This document shows positions 38,655-48,298 of a stretch of DNA of 64,000 nt, piece by piece. Where the stretch lies: IMG/VR virus record IMGVR_UViG_3300007734_000759, positions 23,154 to 87,153 of that record; one strand, written 5' to 3'. The number at the start of each line of letters is the position of its first letter. Positions within the stretch are counted from its first letter, which is position 1. The position numbers were made by a program, and so were the translations under genes. The notes under the pieces were generated by a model, which saw only the letters and a program-made list of their open reading frames with translations, ran no database searches and was not told the origin of the DNA. This DNA is from a virus.

Positions 38655-39341
38655 ATGACATCAAATCACCACACTGATCCAATCTTCGCTGAGAAGAGAA
38701 GACCTAAGAATCCAATTAAGTTCAAAATGAACTTAAACGACGAGCAGAAGATAGCAAAAGAGATCATCCTTCAAACCCCAATCACACTTCTCAAAGGAAT
38801 GGCAGGTTCAGGTAAAACACTTCTCGCATGTCAGATAGCATTAGATATGTTATTTAAAAAAGATACAGAGAAGATTGTAATTACAAGACCGACTGTAGCA
38901 AGAGAAGAGATAGGATTTCTGCCAGGAGATATCAAAGAAAAACTTGATCCGTGGCTAGCTCCAATCTATGCAAACCTATACTTACTATACGATAAGGAGA
39001 AAGTTGATAAGATGATAGCAGATGGAACTATTGAGATCGTTCCATTTGCGTTTATGAGAGGTCGAACGTTCCCAAACAATGTAGTTATCGTCGATGAGTG
39101 TCAAAACATTACACACGCGCAAACAGAACTTGTTTTAGGGCGTTTAGGAAAAGGAGGGAAAATGATCTTTTGTGGAGATTTATCCCAAACAGACTTAAAG
39201 AATAAGAAAGATAGTGGTATTGGATTTTTTAATAGACTTGAGGAAAATATTAGAGGAGTAAAAGTAATAACCTTAAAGACAAACCACAGACATGAAATAG
39301 TAGAGCCTATCTTAAAAGTATACGAAGATTATCGAGACTAA
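38655..39341 (+). CDS. phoH: PhoH-family ATPase
   Basis: GMAGSGKT, FMRGRTF, DECQN and GDLSQTD motifs. Confidence 0.93.
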   Translation: MTSNHHTDPIFAEKRRPKNPIKFKMNLNDEQKIAKEIILQTPITLLKGMAGSGKTLLACQIALDMLFKKDTEKIVITRPTVAREEIGFLPGDIKEKLDPWLAPIYANLYLLYDKEKVDKMIADGTIEIVPFAFMRGRTFPNNVVIVDECQNITHAQTELVLGRLGKGGKMIFCGDLSQTDLKNKKDSGIGFFNRLEENIRGVKVITLKTNHRHEIVEPILKVYEDYRD

Positions 39342-39344
39342 TTG

Positions 39345-39353
39345 ATATTTATA
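39345..39353 (+). promoter_or_regulatory. ATATTTATA putative late-promoter motif
   Basis: GATATTTATAACTAAAA upstream of ATG 39363. Confidence 0.6.
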
Positions 39354-39362
39354 ACTAAAAAC

Positions 39363-39815
39363 ATGGCTAACTTAACTATACTGATTAATGAAAAGCTAAC
39401 CTTAGACGGTAATGATAGAGGTATACTAACTACTCAAGTGGTGTCAAATGTAAATAACATAGACAATAGAGTAGTAACTTGTCCCACAAGCTCTATCACT
39501 GAACTATTTAGTATGACAGACTCAGACCAATCATACGCAGCGTTTAAAACAGGAAGCTTTAGATACGGTAGAGTAACAAATAGATCTGAACTTCCCATAA
39601 AATTACAGGTTACTACTTACAACAGTAAGACGAGTACCGAAGCTTTTGCAAATTATATAGTAAGCGGAGGTTATTCTTTTATGATATCATCTCCAGTAGG
39701 TACAGGAAGTGCAGTACCAATAAATACTTTCGTATTCAACGACTACATCTCATCAATAGGAGTAGAACCCACAGGATCTGCAGCAGTTATCGAATACTTT
39801 ATAGCAACAACTTAA
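39363..39815 (+). CDS. Hypothetical virion protein
   Basis: Beta-rich; ATG 39363 preferred over TTG 39342. Confidence 0.45.
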   Translation: MANLTILINEKLTLDGNDRGILTTQVVSNVNNIDNRVVTCPTSSITELFSMTDSDQSYAAFKTGSFRYGRVTNRSELPIKLQVTTYNSKTSTEAFANYIVSGGYSFMISSPVGTGSAVPINTFVFNDYISSIGVEPTGSAAVIEYFIATT

Positions 39816-39826
39816 TTTAAAATACA

Positions 39827-40972
39827 ATGTCAAGTGTATCAATTTGGGCAGGATCCAGCACATTTATTCCAGGAATGACTCCTTTTGGTTTCTACGATTA
39901 CGATGTAGATTTCCAAAAAGATGCAGATAGAGTAGCAAAATTCTGTGCTCAACGCTTAGGATATCCGTTAGTTGATATTGAACTACAAGATATTAATTTT
40001 TATACAGCATTCGAGGAAGCTATCACAACCTATGGTAATGAAATGTATGCTTTTAAAGTTAGAGAAAATTATCTATCCTTAGAAGGAGCTAGCAATCTTC
40101 CAACTTTAAATGATAAAACCATAACACCTAACATGGGAGTAGTGATCCGACAATCAGATCAATATGGAACTGAAGCAGGAGTAGGAGGTAGTGTAACATG
40201 GAGATCAGGATCTTTGGATCTACAAGCAGGACAACAGCAGTATGATTTAACTATCTGGGCATCAGCATCAGGGATTCAAGCAGGGGATTTGGAAGTTAAA
40301 AGAGTATTTTTTGAAGAAGCACCTGCAATTGTACGATACTTCGATCCTTATGCAGGTACTGGTACCGACATACAAGCACTAATGGATACTTTCGACTTTG
40401 GTAATTACTCACCAGGTATTAACTTCATGTTAATGCCTATTAATTACGATCTCCAAAAGATACAAGCAATCGAGTTTAATGACCAGGTAAGAAAATCAAA
40501 TTATAGCTTTGAATTAATAAATAACCAGTTAAGAGTGTTTCCAATTCCAGAAAGACCTAAAAAACTACTATTTCAATACATATTAAAATCTGATAGGGTT
40601 AGTGGAAGCATATCACAAGGAAATAATTTAGTAACAGACATCTCAAACGTTCCTTACACAAATCCACAATACTTAATAATAAACTCAGTAGGAAGACAGT
40701 GGATATTTGAATACACACTAGCTCTTTGTAAAGAAATGTTAGGATATATTAGAGGAAAATATGGTCCCATCCCGATTCCAGGAGCAGAGGTAACTCTAAA
40801 CCAATCCGACCTACTTAGCGCTGCAACAGCAGAAAAAACAGCACTAATTGAAAGATTAAGAACCTACTTAGAGGATACATCTAGGAAAGCTTTACTAGAA
40901 CGTCGAAAAGACGAAGCAGAATTTAGAAGAACTGAGCTTGGAAATGTGCCGTTTACTATTTATATTGGATAA
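39827..40972 (+). CDS. Neck/head-tail adaptor (T4 gp13-like)
   Basis: RLGYPLVDIEL near the N-terminus; WIFEYTLALCKEMLGYIRGKY...PGAEVTLN. Confidence 0.8.
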   Translation: MSSVSIWAGSSTFIPGMTPFGFYDYDVDFQKDADRVAKFCAQRLGYPLVDIELQDINFYTAFEEAITTYGNEMYAFKVRENYLSLEGASNLPTLNDKTITPNMGVVIRQSDQYGTEAGVGGSVTWRSGSLDLQAGQQQYDLTIWASASGIQAGDLEVKRVFFEEAPAIVRYFDPYAGTGTDIQALMDTFDFGNYSPGINFMLMPINYDLQKIQAIEFNDQVRKSNYSFELINNQLRVFPIPERPKKLLFQYILKSDRVSGSISQGNNLVTDISNVPYTNPQYLIINSVGRQWIFEYTLALCKEMLGYIRGKYGPIPIPGAEVTLNQSDLLSAATAEKTALIERLRTYLEDTSRKALLERRKDEAEFRRTELGNVPFTIYIG

Positions 40973-40975
40973 GAT

Positions 40976-41329
40976 ATGATTAGCTTAGTAGAATTAACAA
41001 AAGATGCACAAAGTTTGAACAAAATGTTCAAGGTGCAGGTCATACTTGTCACTGATAGAAAGCATAATAAAACTGAAATTATCAATGAGCTTAGAGGAGT
41101 AGAGGGAGTTGTTTATATAAAAGTACGCCAAAACCAAAACATAATCGATAGAGGAGATGATAATAGCGAATACACTCTTCTAGAAATCAAATACATGGCT
41201 ACAAAAAACACTCCAATAGCAGCAATCAAAGCTATTAAACTAAAGGCTACTAAAGGTGATGAGGAGCAAAAACGTATTTTAGGCCTCCGTAGTATGTATA
41301 TTATTGAAAGGAGCGTAGTAGAAGTATAA
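40976..41329 (+). CDS. Hypothetical protein
   Basis: 117 aa between neck genes; leader MISLVELTKD. Confidence 0.45.
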   Translation: MISLVELTKDAQSLNKMFKVQVILVTDRKHNKTEIINELRGVEGVVYIKVRQNQNIIDRGDDNSEYTLLEIKYMATKNTPIAAIKAIKLKATKGDEEQKRILGLRSMYIIERSVVEV

Positions 41330-41823
41330 TGGCTTTATTTGGAAATAGAAGAGACGTCAACCTATTTACTACTATTAATAGGGAGCTTATCAGGAATATC
41401 ATATCCCAAGAGGTAGGATACTATAAATATAAATTAAACGACACAGTAAGCAACCTATACGGAGAAGCTGGACAAACAAGATACTTTACGGATCCAGTTT
41501 TAATGAACTGCCTGATATCCAAAGTAGATAACGTATGGTCAGGAAACGACTACGGACCTGATTTAGACCATGCTTTAACAATAAACTTCCTAAGGGAAGA
41601 CTTACAAGACATTGAATTATATCCAGAAGTGGGAGACGTGTTTATATATATTGATAACTACTATGAAGTAGATACTGTAGCAGATAACCAGTTCGTAGTA
41701 GGTAAAGACTTTGAACACGCTTACTCATCTGATCTAACTACCTTTGGCAGAAACTTCTCAATAACAGTCACAGCACACCTAGTACCTGCAGATAAGTATG
41801 GATTATCAAAAGAAAGAACGTAA
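41329..41823 (+). CDS. Head closure / neck protein (T4 gp14-like)
   Basis: SNLYGEA...F and YPEVGD...YYEV motifs; position between gp13-like and gp15-like genes. Confidence 0.7.
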   Translation: MALFGNRRDVNLFTTINRELIRNIISQEVGYYKYKLNDTVSNLYGEAGQTRYFTDPVLMNCLISKVDNVWSGNDYGPDLDHALTINFLREDLQDIELYPEVGDVFIYIDNYYEVDTVADNQFVVGKDFEHAYSSDLTTFGRNFSITVTAHLVPADKYGLSKERT

Positions 41824-42671
41824 TGGCAAAAAACGGACGCACTCCAAGACCTAAAACCCAGAAGGAGATTTCAATCACCCTGCAAGAGCCTTATAAACTT
41901 GCCAACTTAGAGAATCCAAATAATATATCTGTTCCAAACAGGGCAACTAGAACCTCGTTCAGAAGTGATGACACTAAACCGTTTACATTAGGAATTGTAG
42001 ATATTGATGAGTCTATAAAGTACTATATAGAGAATGTAATAAAACCAACTGTAATACAAAACGGAGAAAAACTAGCAATACCAGTAATATATGGTAACCC
42101 GGAGAAATGGAAAGCTGTACAAGCTGATGGTTATTATCGAGATAAGTTGGGAAAAGTCATGTGTCCTTTAATTATGTTTAAGCGAGATAGTATTGAGAAA
42201 GTTCGAACTATAGGAAATAAGTTAGATGCAAATCAACCTAACTTATATGGGTCTATGACTAAAAAATACTCTCCAATAAATGCTTATAGTAATTTTGATT
42301 TGCTAAATAACAGAATACCGGTAAAGCAACACTACTTGACGGTAATACCTGATTACGTTACTATAACATATTCTTGCACCGTTATGACCTACTACATAGA
42401 ACAATTAAATAAAGTAGTAGAAGCAATGAACTATGCATCTGACTCCTATTGGGGAGATTCTAACAGGTTCAAGTTCAGAGCAATGATAGATTCATTTACA
42501 TTAGCAACAGAATCAGAACTTAATAAAGAAAGAATTGTAAAAACTACTTTTAACATAAAACTAAACGGGCACCTAATACCAGATGTAATTCAAAAAGATT
42601 TAGTAGCAGCTAAAAAAGTAAACTCCAAAGCGCAAGTAATAATTACAGCAGAAACAACAGGTTCATTATAA
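41823..42671 (+). CDS. Tail terminator (T4 gp15-like)
   Basis: IPVIYGNPEKW, PLIMFKR and IEQLNKVVE motifs; gene order. Confidence 0.7.
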   Translation: MAKNGRTPRPKTQKEISITLQEPYKLANLENPNNISVPNRATRTSFRSDDTKPFTLGIVDIDESIKYYIENVIKPTVIQNGEKLAIPVIYGNPEKWKAVQADGYYRDKLGKVMCPLIMFKRDSIEKVRTIGNKLDANQPNLYGSMTKKYSPINAYSNFDLLNNRIPVKQHYLTVIPDYVTITYSCTVMTYYIEQLNKVVEAMNYASDSYWGDSNRFKFRAMIDSFTLATESELNKERIVKTTFNIKLNGHLIPDVIQKDLVAAKKVNSKAQVIITAETTGSL

Positions 42672-42681
42672 AATAAAATTT

Positions 42682-42930
42682 ATGGAAACTACAAAACTAA
42701 TACAGGAAGAAATAGATTCAATTACAAATCTAAAACAGGAATTCAATCAATTAATTAATACTACGGGGCTGATTGAGTATGAAATTCTAGACCTTACAGA
42801 GAAGAAAAAAATTATTGGACAACAATTACTAGCTGTTAGAAGTCAAGAGCAGGAAATCTATAAACAGTTAGTTGATAAGTATGGAGAAGGAACTTTATCT
42901 CTAGATACGGGGGAGTTCATTAAAGATTGA
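42682..42930 (+). CDS. Small coiled-coil hypothetical protein
   Basis: 82 aa ending KYGEGTLSLDTGEF. Confidence 0.5.
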   Translation: METTKLIQEEIDSITNLKQEFNQLINTTGLIEYEILDLTEKKKIIGQQLLAVRSQEQEIYKQLVDKYGEGTLSLDTGEFIKD

Positions 42931-42938
42931 TATTTATA
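42930..42938 (+). promoter_or_regulatory. ATATTTATA putative late-promoter motif
   Basis: GATATTTATACTAAAA upstream of ATG 42951. Confidence 0.6.
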
Positions 42939-42950
42939 CTAAAATAGTAA

Positions 42951-44207
42951 ATGGCAACAATTAACACAGGCAGTAATAAGATAGAGGATGGCTTAATAGT
43001 TTACGCTCAACACGTTAGACCAATCTACGATGCTTTAGTAGGAACGACAACTACGGATATAATCGTAGGAGGGGATTTAACACTAAACGGAGGATCAGGA
43101 CGTAAGCTAGATCTAGGCGCAGCCACTTTTACAGGCAGCTCTGCTCGCTTCACCTCTACAGTAAGTGCAAGTACAGACGTGTTTGTTGGCAATAAACTCA
43201 CTGCAATAACAGGATCATTTACAAACGTTTTAGCTACTAATATAACAGCAAGTCTAATCTCAGCATCCACAAATATTGCAGCTCCAGTAGGACTATTTAA
43301 CAACAATATTCAATTCCTAAGCTTAGGAACGATCATTACAGGATCAGGAAGTGTACCATTGCTGCAACACATTGTGACACAGTCTGGAGCTGTAGGACAT
43401 GGGTTAATTTTAGGTAGTTCACAATTTAGAGACTACCTAATACACGGTAATGCATCTCCTAGAATAGGAATAGGATCGTCCACAAGTATATCAACAGCAT
43501 CGCTAGCATCGGGATCATTTCTCTTGAACTTACCTTCTTTTACATTAGCACCATCAACCTTATTGATATCATCAAGTGATGCTTATGTAATGAAAGTAGC
43601 CACTGCAGCAAGATCGCAATCATTTGCAATATCAAGCTCAGGATTCGTAGGAATTAACACATGGACACCAAGAGAAGCACTAGATGTACAATTAGGTAAC
43701 GCAGCAATAAAAAATCCAACAACAACATCAGGATCGATTTTATACGTTGAGAATAACTCAGGACGAATATTAGATATAACAAATCAAATAACAAATTCAA
43801 TCTTTACTGTACAAACGATATCAGGAGCACCTATACTAGACGTAGGTACAAACTCCTCAGGAGTATCATATGTAGCAGTGACAGGAAACGGCTCAGGAAT
43901 AACTCCAGCAATCTCAAGTTCCTTAACTTTAACTAACGGTAGTTTAGGCTTACCCTTTACATCGGGAAGCACAGTTACGGCAGGCAATACTGATGTGGTA
44001 ATAGTCGCAACAGGAAACGTAACACTTCCAACGGCTACAACAGCAGGAATTGGTAGATTTTATATTATTAGGAACGCAAATCCACTAGGAGGAAGTTCAA
44101 TAACGGTAGGTGCAGGAGCTTCAGCAGTTAGTGGTATAACCTCACTAGGTCCTACAAGCGCATCTCAGTACATTAGTGATGGTACAGGTAGTTGGTATAG
44201 CTTATAA
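42951..44207 (+). CDS. Fibre-like virion protein
   Basis: G/S/T-rich; GFVGINTWTPREALDV fibre repeat; C-terminal beta module ending QYISDGTGSWY. Confidence 0.6.
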   Translation: MATINTGSNKIEDGLIVYAQHVRPIYDALVGTTTTDIIVGGDLTLNGGSGRKLDLGAATFTGSSARFTSTVSASTDVFVGNKLTAITGSFTNVLATNITASLISASTNIAAPVGLFNNNIQFLSLGTIITGSGSVPLLQHIVTQSGAVGHGLILGSSQFRDYLIHGNASPRIGIGSSTSISTASLASGSFLLNLPSFTLAPSTLLISSSDAYVMKVATAARSQSFAISSSGFVGINTWTPREALDVQLGNAAIKNPTTTSGSILYVENNSGRILDITNQITNSIFTVQTISGAPILDVGTNSSGVSYVAVTGNGSGITPAISSSLTLTNGSLGLPFTSGSTVTAGNTDVVIVATGNVTLPTATTAGIGRFYIIRNANPLGGSSITVGAGASAVSGITSLGPTSASQYISDGTGSWYSL

Positions 44208-44209
44208 TT

Positions 44210-45901
44210 ATGGGTATAGTAATAAAAGGAGGTTCCACTAAGGTAACAGGTGTAGGAAGAGCTAACACAGGTCCGTCAATTCCTACAAATGGATTAGTAA
44301 TGATCATAGACCCAAGTCTTGCACAAACAACATCATCAGCATATCCACTAATAACACCTCTTACATCATCACTTCTAACAGCAACAACTTCAAATATTTT
44401 ACCAGGAGCAGGTGTACTTGCTACTGTAGGATTGATAAGACGTGCATATCCAACAGGAGCAGACTCGTTTGTATATGCAAACACAGGTTCAACTCCAACA
44501 ATTACAACGATAGATGCACGAAATACATTTATCGATGTGCAAGGAGATGCATTAGCATATCTACAAAATAACGTACAAAATAATCTAACAATATTATACT
44601 GGTATTCCGGATTTTGTCCAGGTGTCAGCTATCCACAAGTTACTACTGACGCTACTCCTTATTATAAATTCAGCATGTTACTGAATCCATCTCCATCGCC
44701 AGTATTTCCAGTTAAAAGTGCCCTAGCAACCTCATTACCATCAGCCCAAATGGCATTTGCTTCTTCCGTATACGCAGGGGCTTCTACTTATAGGCTATGG
44801 CCCGCAACAGGTTTAAATACAACCCCGTTCCCGAATACAGGGTCGATGACTAAGACCGAAACAATTAACATTCCATCCTCTGTAAACTGGGGATCAGGTA
44901 ACCCAGCACCACTTCAAACAGGATCAAACACACCATCATACACAGCACATCCAGCTACTCCAAATCTCCCTGCATTTCATAGAGGTTTACAAATGAGCTC
45001 CTTTGCAGGAAGAGAAGTGTATAGGGATAACGATACGTGGAACTGCTTTGCATTAACAGTACAGCAGACCGATAAGACTATAACATCGTCTGTGTTTTTA
45101 AATGGTGGTTTATATGGTACTGCTGCTTACATTACATCATCATTAACCGTAGGAAAAGTTAGTGGAGGATCTACAAACTTAGGTAGCTACGATATTACAA
45201 ACAACAACCTAGATGCTTTTTACTTTACGGGATCAATCATATCTACTATAGGAGGAACAGGAGCAAGGATTCAAATCATCCCAACATCTTCAGGAACATT
45301 TACGGATACGACAGGTTTCCCTACAAGCACTAGAACATACTACTTCTCTTCAGGATCTACTATCGGAATAACTCTTCAAAATTTAGTAAATAAAATAAAC
45401 AACACAGCAGGACTATCAATTTTCTTCACGGCATCTCTCAACGCAACTACCGTAAACATTTCATCATCAGTAGTAGGCACGCAATTTAACAGTACCGTAA
45501 CTTTTAACTTTTCTAGCTCAGCACAAGCAATAAATACCTCATTATTCACATTTGCAGGAGGAACAGCCAACGCAGGATCGGGACCAATCACGACAACGCT
45601 ACTGCAGTCGGACCCTAGCGCCAGTGCTTTAAGGGTTGGGGTATCGGAAATACCAGCCATTGCTTCAGGATTTTATCGTAATGGATTAGCTGGATTGTTG
45701 GGAGCAACTTACATATACAATCGTATACTATCACAAGATGAAATTATACAATTTTATAATGCGTTAAAAAGTAAATACGGCAACACAGCATTAGGAAACA
45801 CTCCAAAAAACACATATAGGATATTTAACGCAGCGATATCAGGCTCAGGGGCATTAGGCATTTACGAAGAGCCAGTATCAAGCTCAGGAGTAGGATATTA
45901 A
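44210..45901 (+). CDS. Virion protein with LamG/concanavalin-like beta-sandwich
   Basis: NGLVMIIDP at N-terminus; WNCFALT...VFLNG; IYNRILSQDEIIQFYNA. Confidence 0.6.
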   Translation: MGIVIKGGSTKVTGVGRANTGPSIPTNGLVMIIDPSLAQTTSSAYPLITPLTSSLLTATTSNILPGAGVLATVGLIRRAYPTGADSFVYANTGSTPTITTIDARNTFIDVQGDALAYLQNNVQNNLTILYWYSGFCPGVSYPQVTTDATPYYKFSMLLNPSPSPVFPVKSALATSLPSAQMAFASSVYAGASTYRLWPATGLNTTPFPNTGSMTKTETINIPSSVNWGSGNPAPLQTGSNTPSYTAHPATPNLPAFHRGLQMSSFAGREVYRDNDTWNCFALTVQQTDKTITSSVFLNGGLYGTAAYITSSLTVGKVSGGSTNLGSYDITNNNLDAFYFTGSIISTIGGTGARIQIIPTSSGTFTDTTGFPTSTRTYYFSSGSTIGITLQNLVNKINNTAGLSIFFTASLNATTVNISSSVVGTQFNSTVTFNFSSSAQAINTSLFTFAGGTANAGSGPITTTLLQSDPSASALRVGVSEIPAIASGFYRNGLAGLLGATYIYNRILSQDEIIQFYNALKSKYGNTALGNTPKNTYRIFNAAISGSGALGIYEEPVSSSGVGY

Positions 45902-45924
45902 TTTAGTTTTTGAAGTTGGAGCAG

Positions 45925-45932
45925 ATATTTAT
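45925..45932 (+). promoter_or_regulatory. ATATTTAT putative late-promoter motif
   Basis: Upstream of the tail sheath ATG. Confidence 0.55.
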
Positions 45933-45949
45933 GATAAAGTAAATATATT

Positions 45950-47674
45950 ATGGCAGAAACTTTGATATCTCCTGGAGTTCTAGCAAGAGAGAACGACCAG
46001 TCACAAGTTACACAAGGACCCGTAGAAGCAGGAGCGGCTATTGTAGGACCCACCGTAAAAGGTCCTGTAGGGATTCCGACAGTAGTAACATCATACTCAG
46101 ATTACACAAATAAATTCGGAACTACGCTTGTATCAGCATCGACAACGTACACTTACTTTACATCGATAGCAGCTTACAACTACTTCCAAAACGGCGGTAC
46201 TACTTTACTAGTTACTCGTGTTGTACCTGAGTCATTTACCCCAGCAACTTCAAGCATCGTTTCAGGATCAAGCACAACACCAGTATTTACACTTGAAACA
46301 CTAAGCTCTGGAGTAGTGATGAATAGCACAGGAAGTGAGCTTGCAGGAGGAGTACTAGTATCAGGCTCTTCTGATAACATTAGATGGGAAATTGTAACAC
46401 CAAACACCTCATCTGGAACTTTCACATTGCTCATCAGACAAGGAAGTGATAACCAAACAACTCCTTCGGTATTAGAGACTTGGTCAAACTTATCACTTGA
46501 TCCTTTCTCTCCAAACTACATCGAAGCTGTAATAGGAAACCAAGTACAATCTGTAAATACCTCAGATACTACTTACTACGTACAAAGTGTCGGAGGGTAC
46601 ACAAACAAGAGTAGATACGTTCGTATTAAGTCTGTAAATTTTCCAACTCCTAATTACTTAAATTCATTAGGAAATATTACCTCTGCAAGTAACGGAACCC
46701 CATTTGACACCTTTATTCCATTAGCTGGATCAGGATCTTTTGGAGGAGCCACAGGTAGAAACGTTACAATAGATGGAGCAGCTTTCTACAACTCAACAAC
46801 CAGCGGTACAAATATTCAAGGTCTTTCTGCTGCTGCATACACAACTTCCATACAGCTATTAGGTAATGAAGATGATTACAAATTTAATATTCTAACAACT
46901 CCAGGTCTTACAACAGCAAATGCTCCAAGCCAAATTACATCACTTGTAACAACCTGCCAAAACAGAGGAGACGCAATCGCAGTCATTGACGTAGCAGCAT
47001 ACGGAGCTACTGTAAATACAGTGAAAACCAATGCTTCTGCCTACAATAACAGCTATGCAACAACTTACTGGCCTTGGCTACAAACAATAGATCCAGATAC
47101 TGGCAAGCAGGTATTTGTCCCAGCCTCCACAATGATCCCAGGGGTATACGCTTACAACGACTCAGTAGCTGAGCCTTGGTTTGCACCAGCAGGTATCAAT
47201 CGTGGTGGATTAGGAACAGTAGTTCAAGCAGAAAGACGTCTATCACAGGCAGATAGAGATAGCTTATACGTAAGCAATGTCAATCCAATCGCAACATTTC
47301 CAGGAACAGGAGTAGTTGTGTATGGACAAAAGACTTTGCAGAAAGCAGCATCTGCATTGGATAGAGTAAACGTAAGACGTTTGTTGATCGCTTTGAAAGG
47401 ATATATTTCTCAAGTAGCAAATAATCTAGTATTCGAACAGAACACAACTGCTACGAGAAATAACTTCCTAGCGCAGGTAAACCCTTATTTGGAATCAGTA
47501 CAACAAAGACAAGGTTTATATGCTTTCAAAGTAGTGATGGATGATTCAAATAACACCCCTGATGTAATTGACAGAAATCAATTAGTAGGTCAAATTTACT
47601 TACAACCAACTAAGACTGCTGAATTTATCTTGTTAGACTTTAATATTCTTCCTACAGGAGCAACTTTCAGCTAA
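45950..47674 (+). CDS. gp18: Contractile tail sheath protein (gp18-like)
   Basis: ISPGVLARE, PWFAPAGINRG, GQKTLQ...LDRVNVRRLL and PTKTAEFI motifs. Confidence 0.95.
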   Translation: MAETLISPGVLARENDQSQVTQGPVEAGAAIVGPTVKGPVGIPTVVTSYSDYTNKFGTTLVSASTTYTYFTSIAAYNYFQNGGTTLLVTRVVPESFTPATSSIVSGSSTTPVFTLETLSSGVVMNSTGSELAGGVLVSGSSDNIRWEIVTPNTSSGTFTLLIRQGSDNQTTPSVLETWSNLSLDPFSPNYIEAVIGNQVQSVNTSDTTYYVQSVGGYTNKSRYVRIKSVNFPTPNYLNSLGNITSASNGTPFDTFIPLAGSGSFGGATGRNVTIDGAAFYNSTTSGTNIQGLSAAAYTTSIQLLGNEDDYKFNILTTPGLTTANAPSQITSLVTTCQNRGDAIAVIDVAAYGATVNTVKTNASAYNNSYATTYWPWLQTIDPDTGKQVFVPASTMIPGVYAYNDSVAEPWFAPAGINRGGLGTVVQAERRLSQADRDSLYVSNVNPIATFPGTGVVVYGQKTLQKAASALDRVNVRRLLIALKGYISQVANNLVFEQNTTATRNNFLAQVNPYLESVQQRQGLYAFKVVMDDSNNTPDVIDRNQLVGQIYLQPTKTAEFILLDFNILPTGATFS

Positions 47675-47689
47675 AAAATAGTAACGTAG

Positions 47690-47698
47690 ATATTTATA
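47690..47698 (+). promoter_or_regulatory. ATATTTATA putative late-promoter motif
   Basis: Upstream of the tail tube ATG. Confidence 0.6.
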
Positions 47699-47718
47699 AA
47701 CGATAAACAAAGAATACC

Positions 47719-48207
47719 ATGGCAGTATTAGATCCAAATGAAATATTTTTCACCGCGTTCGAACCCAAAGTAAAGAACCGCTTTATTATGTACGTAGATG
47801 GTATTCCATCTTACGTAATTAAAAAAGTAGGAGCGATTGGTGTAGATATGGATGAAATTAAATTAAACCATATAAACGTATACCGTAAAATTAAAGGCAG
47901 AGCTAAGTGGGATGATGTGGAGATGACTCTTCACGATCCAATCACTCCATCAGGAGCTCAGGCAGTAATGGAATGGGTACGTCTACATCACGAATCAGTA
48001 ACAGGACGTGATGGTTACTCTGACTTCTATAAGAAAGACGTAACTGTAAACGTACTAGGTCCAGTAGGTGATATAGTATCTGAGTGGATTATCAAAGGTG
48101 CTTTCATTAAATCAGCTAAGTTTGGTGACTATAGCTGGGATGATGACAACGCAGCTCAGGAACTAACAGTAAACCTAGGAATGGACTACTGTATCTTGAA
48201 TTTCTAA
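47719..48207 (+). CDS. gp19: Tail tube protein (gp19-like)
   Basis: FEPKVKNRF, AVMEW...RDGY...YKKD and EWIIKGAF motifs; follows the sheath gene. Confidence 0.88.
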   Translation: MAVLDPNEIFFTAFEPKVKNRFIMYVDGIPSYVIKKVGAIGVDMDEIKLNHINVYRKIKGRAKWDDVEMTLHDPITPSGAQAVMEWVRLHHESVTGRDGYSDFYKKDVTVNVLGPVGDIVSEWIIKGAFIKSAKFGDYSWDDDNAAQELTVNLGMDYCILNF

Positions 48208-48236
48208 TCAATACACATATTTTACTTAGGTACAAG

Positions 48237-48262
48237 CCTCCCACTGTTGTGGGAGGTTTTTT
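48237..48262 (+). terminator. Rho-independent terminator after the tail tube gene
   Basis: CCTCCCAC-TGTT-GTGGGAGG followed by TTTTTT. Confidence 0.88.
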
Positions 48263-48270
48263 ATTTTAGT

Positions 48271-48279
48271 ATATTTATA
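48271..48279 (+). promoter_or_regulatory. ATATTTATA putative late-promoter motif
   Basis: Directly after the terminator, upstream of ATG 48299. Confidence 0.6.
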
Positions 48280-48298
48280 ATAAAATGTTTTTTAAATT

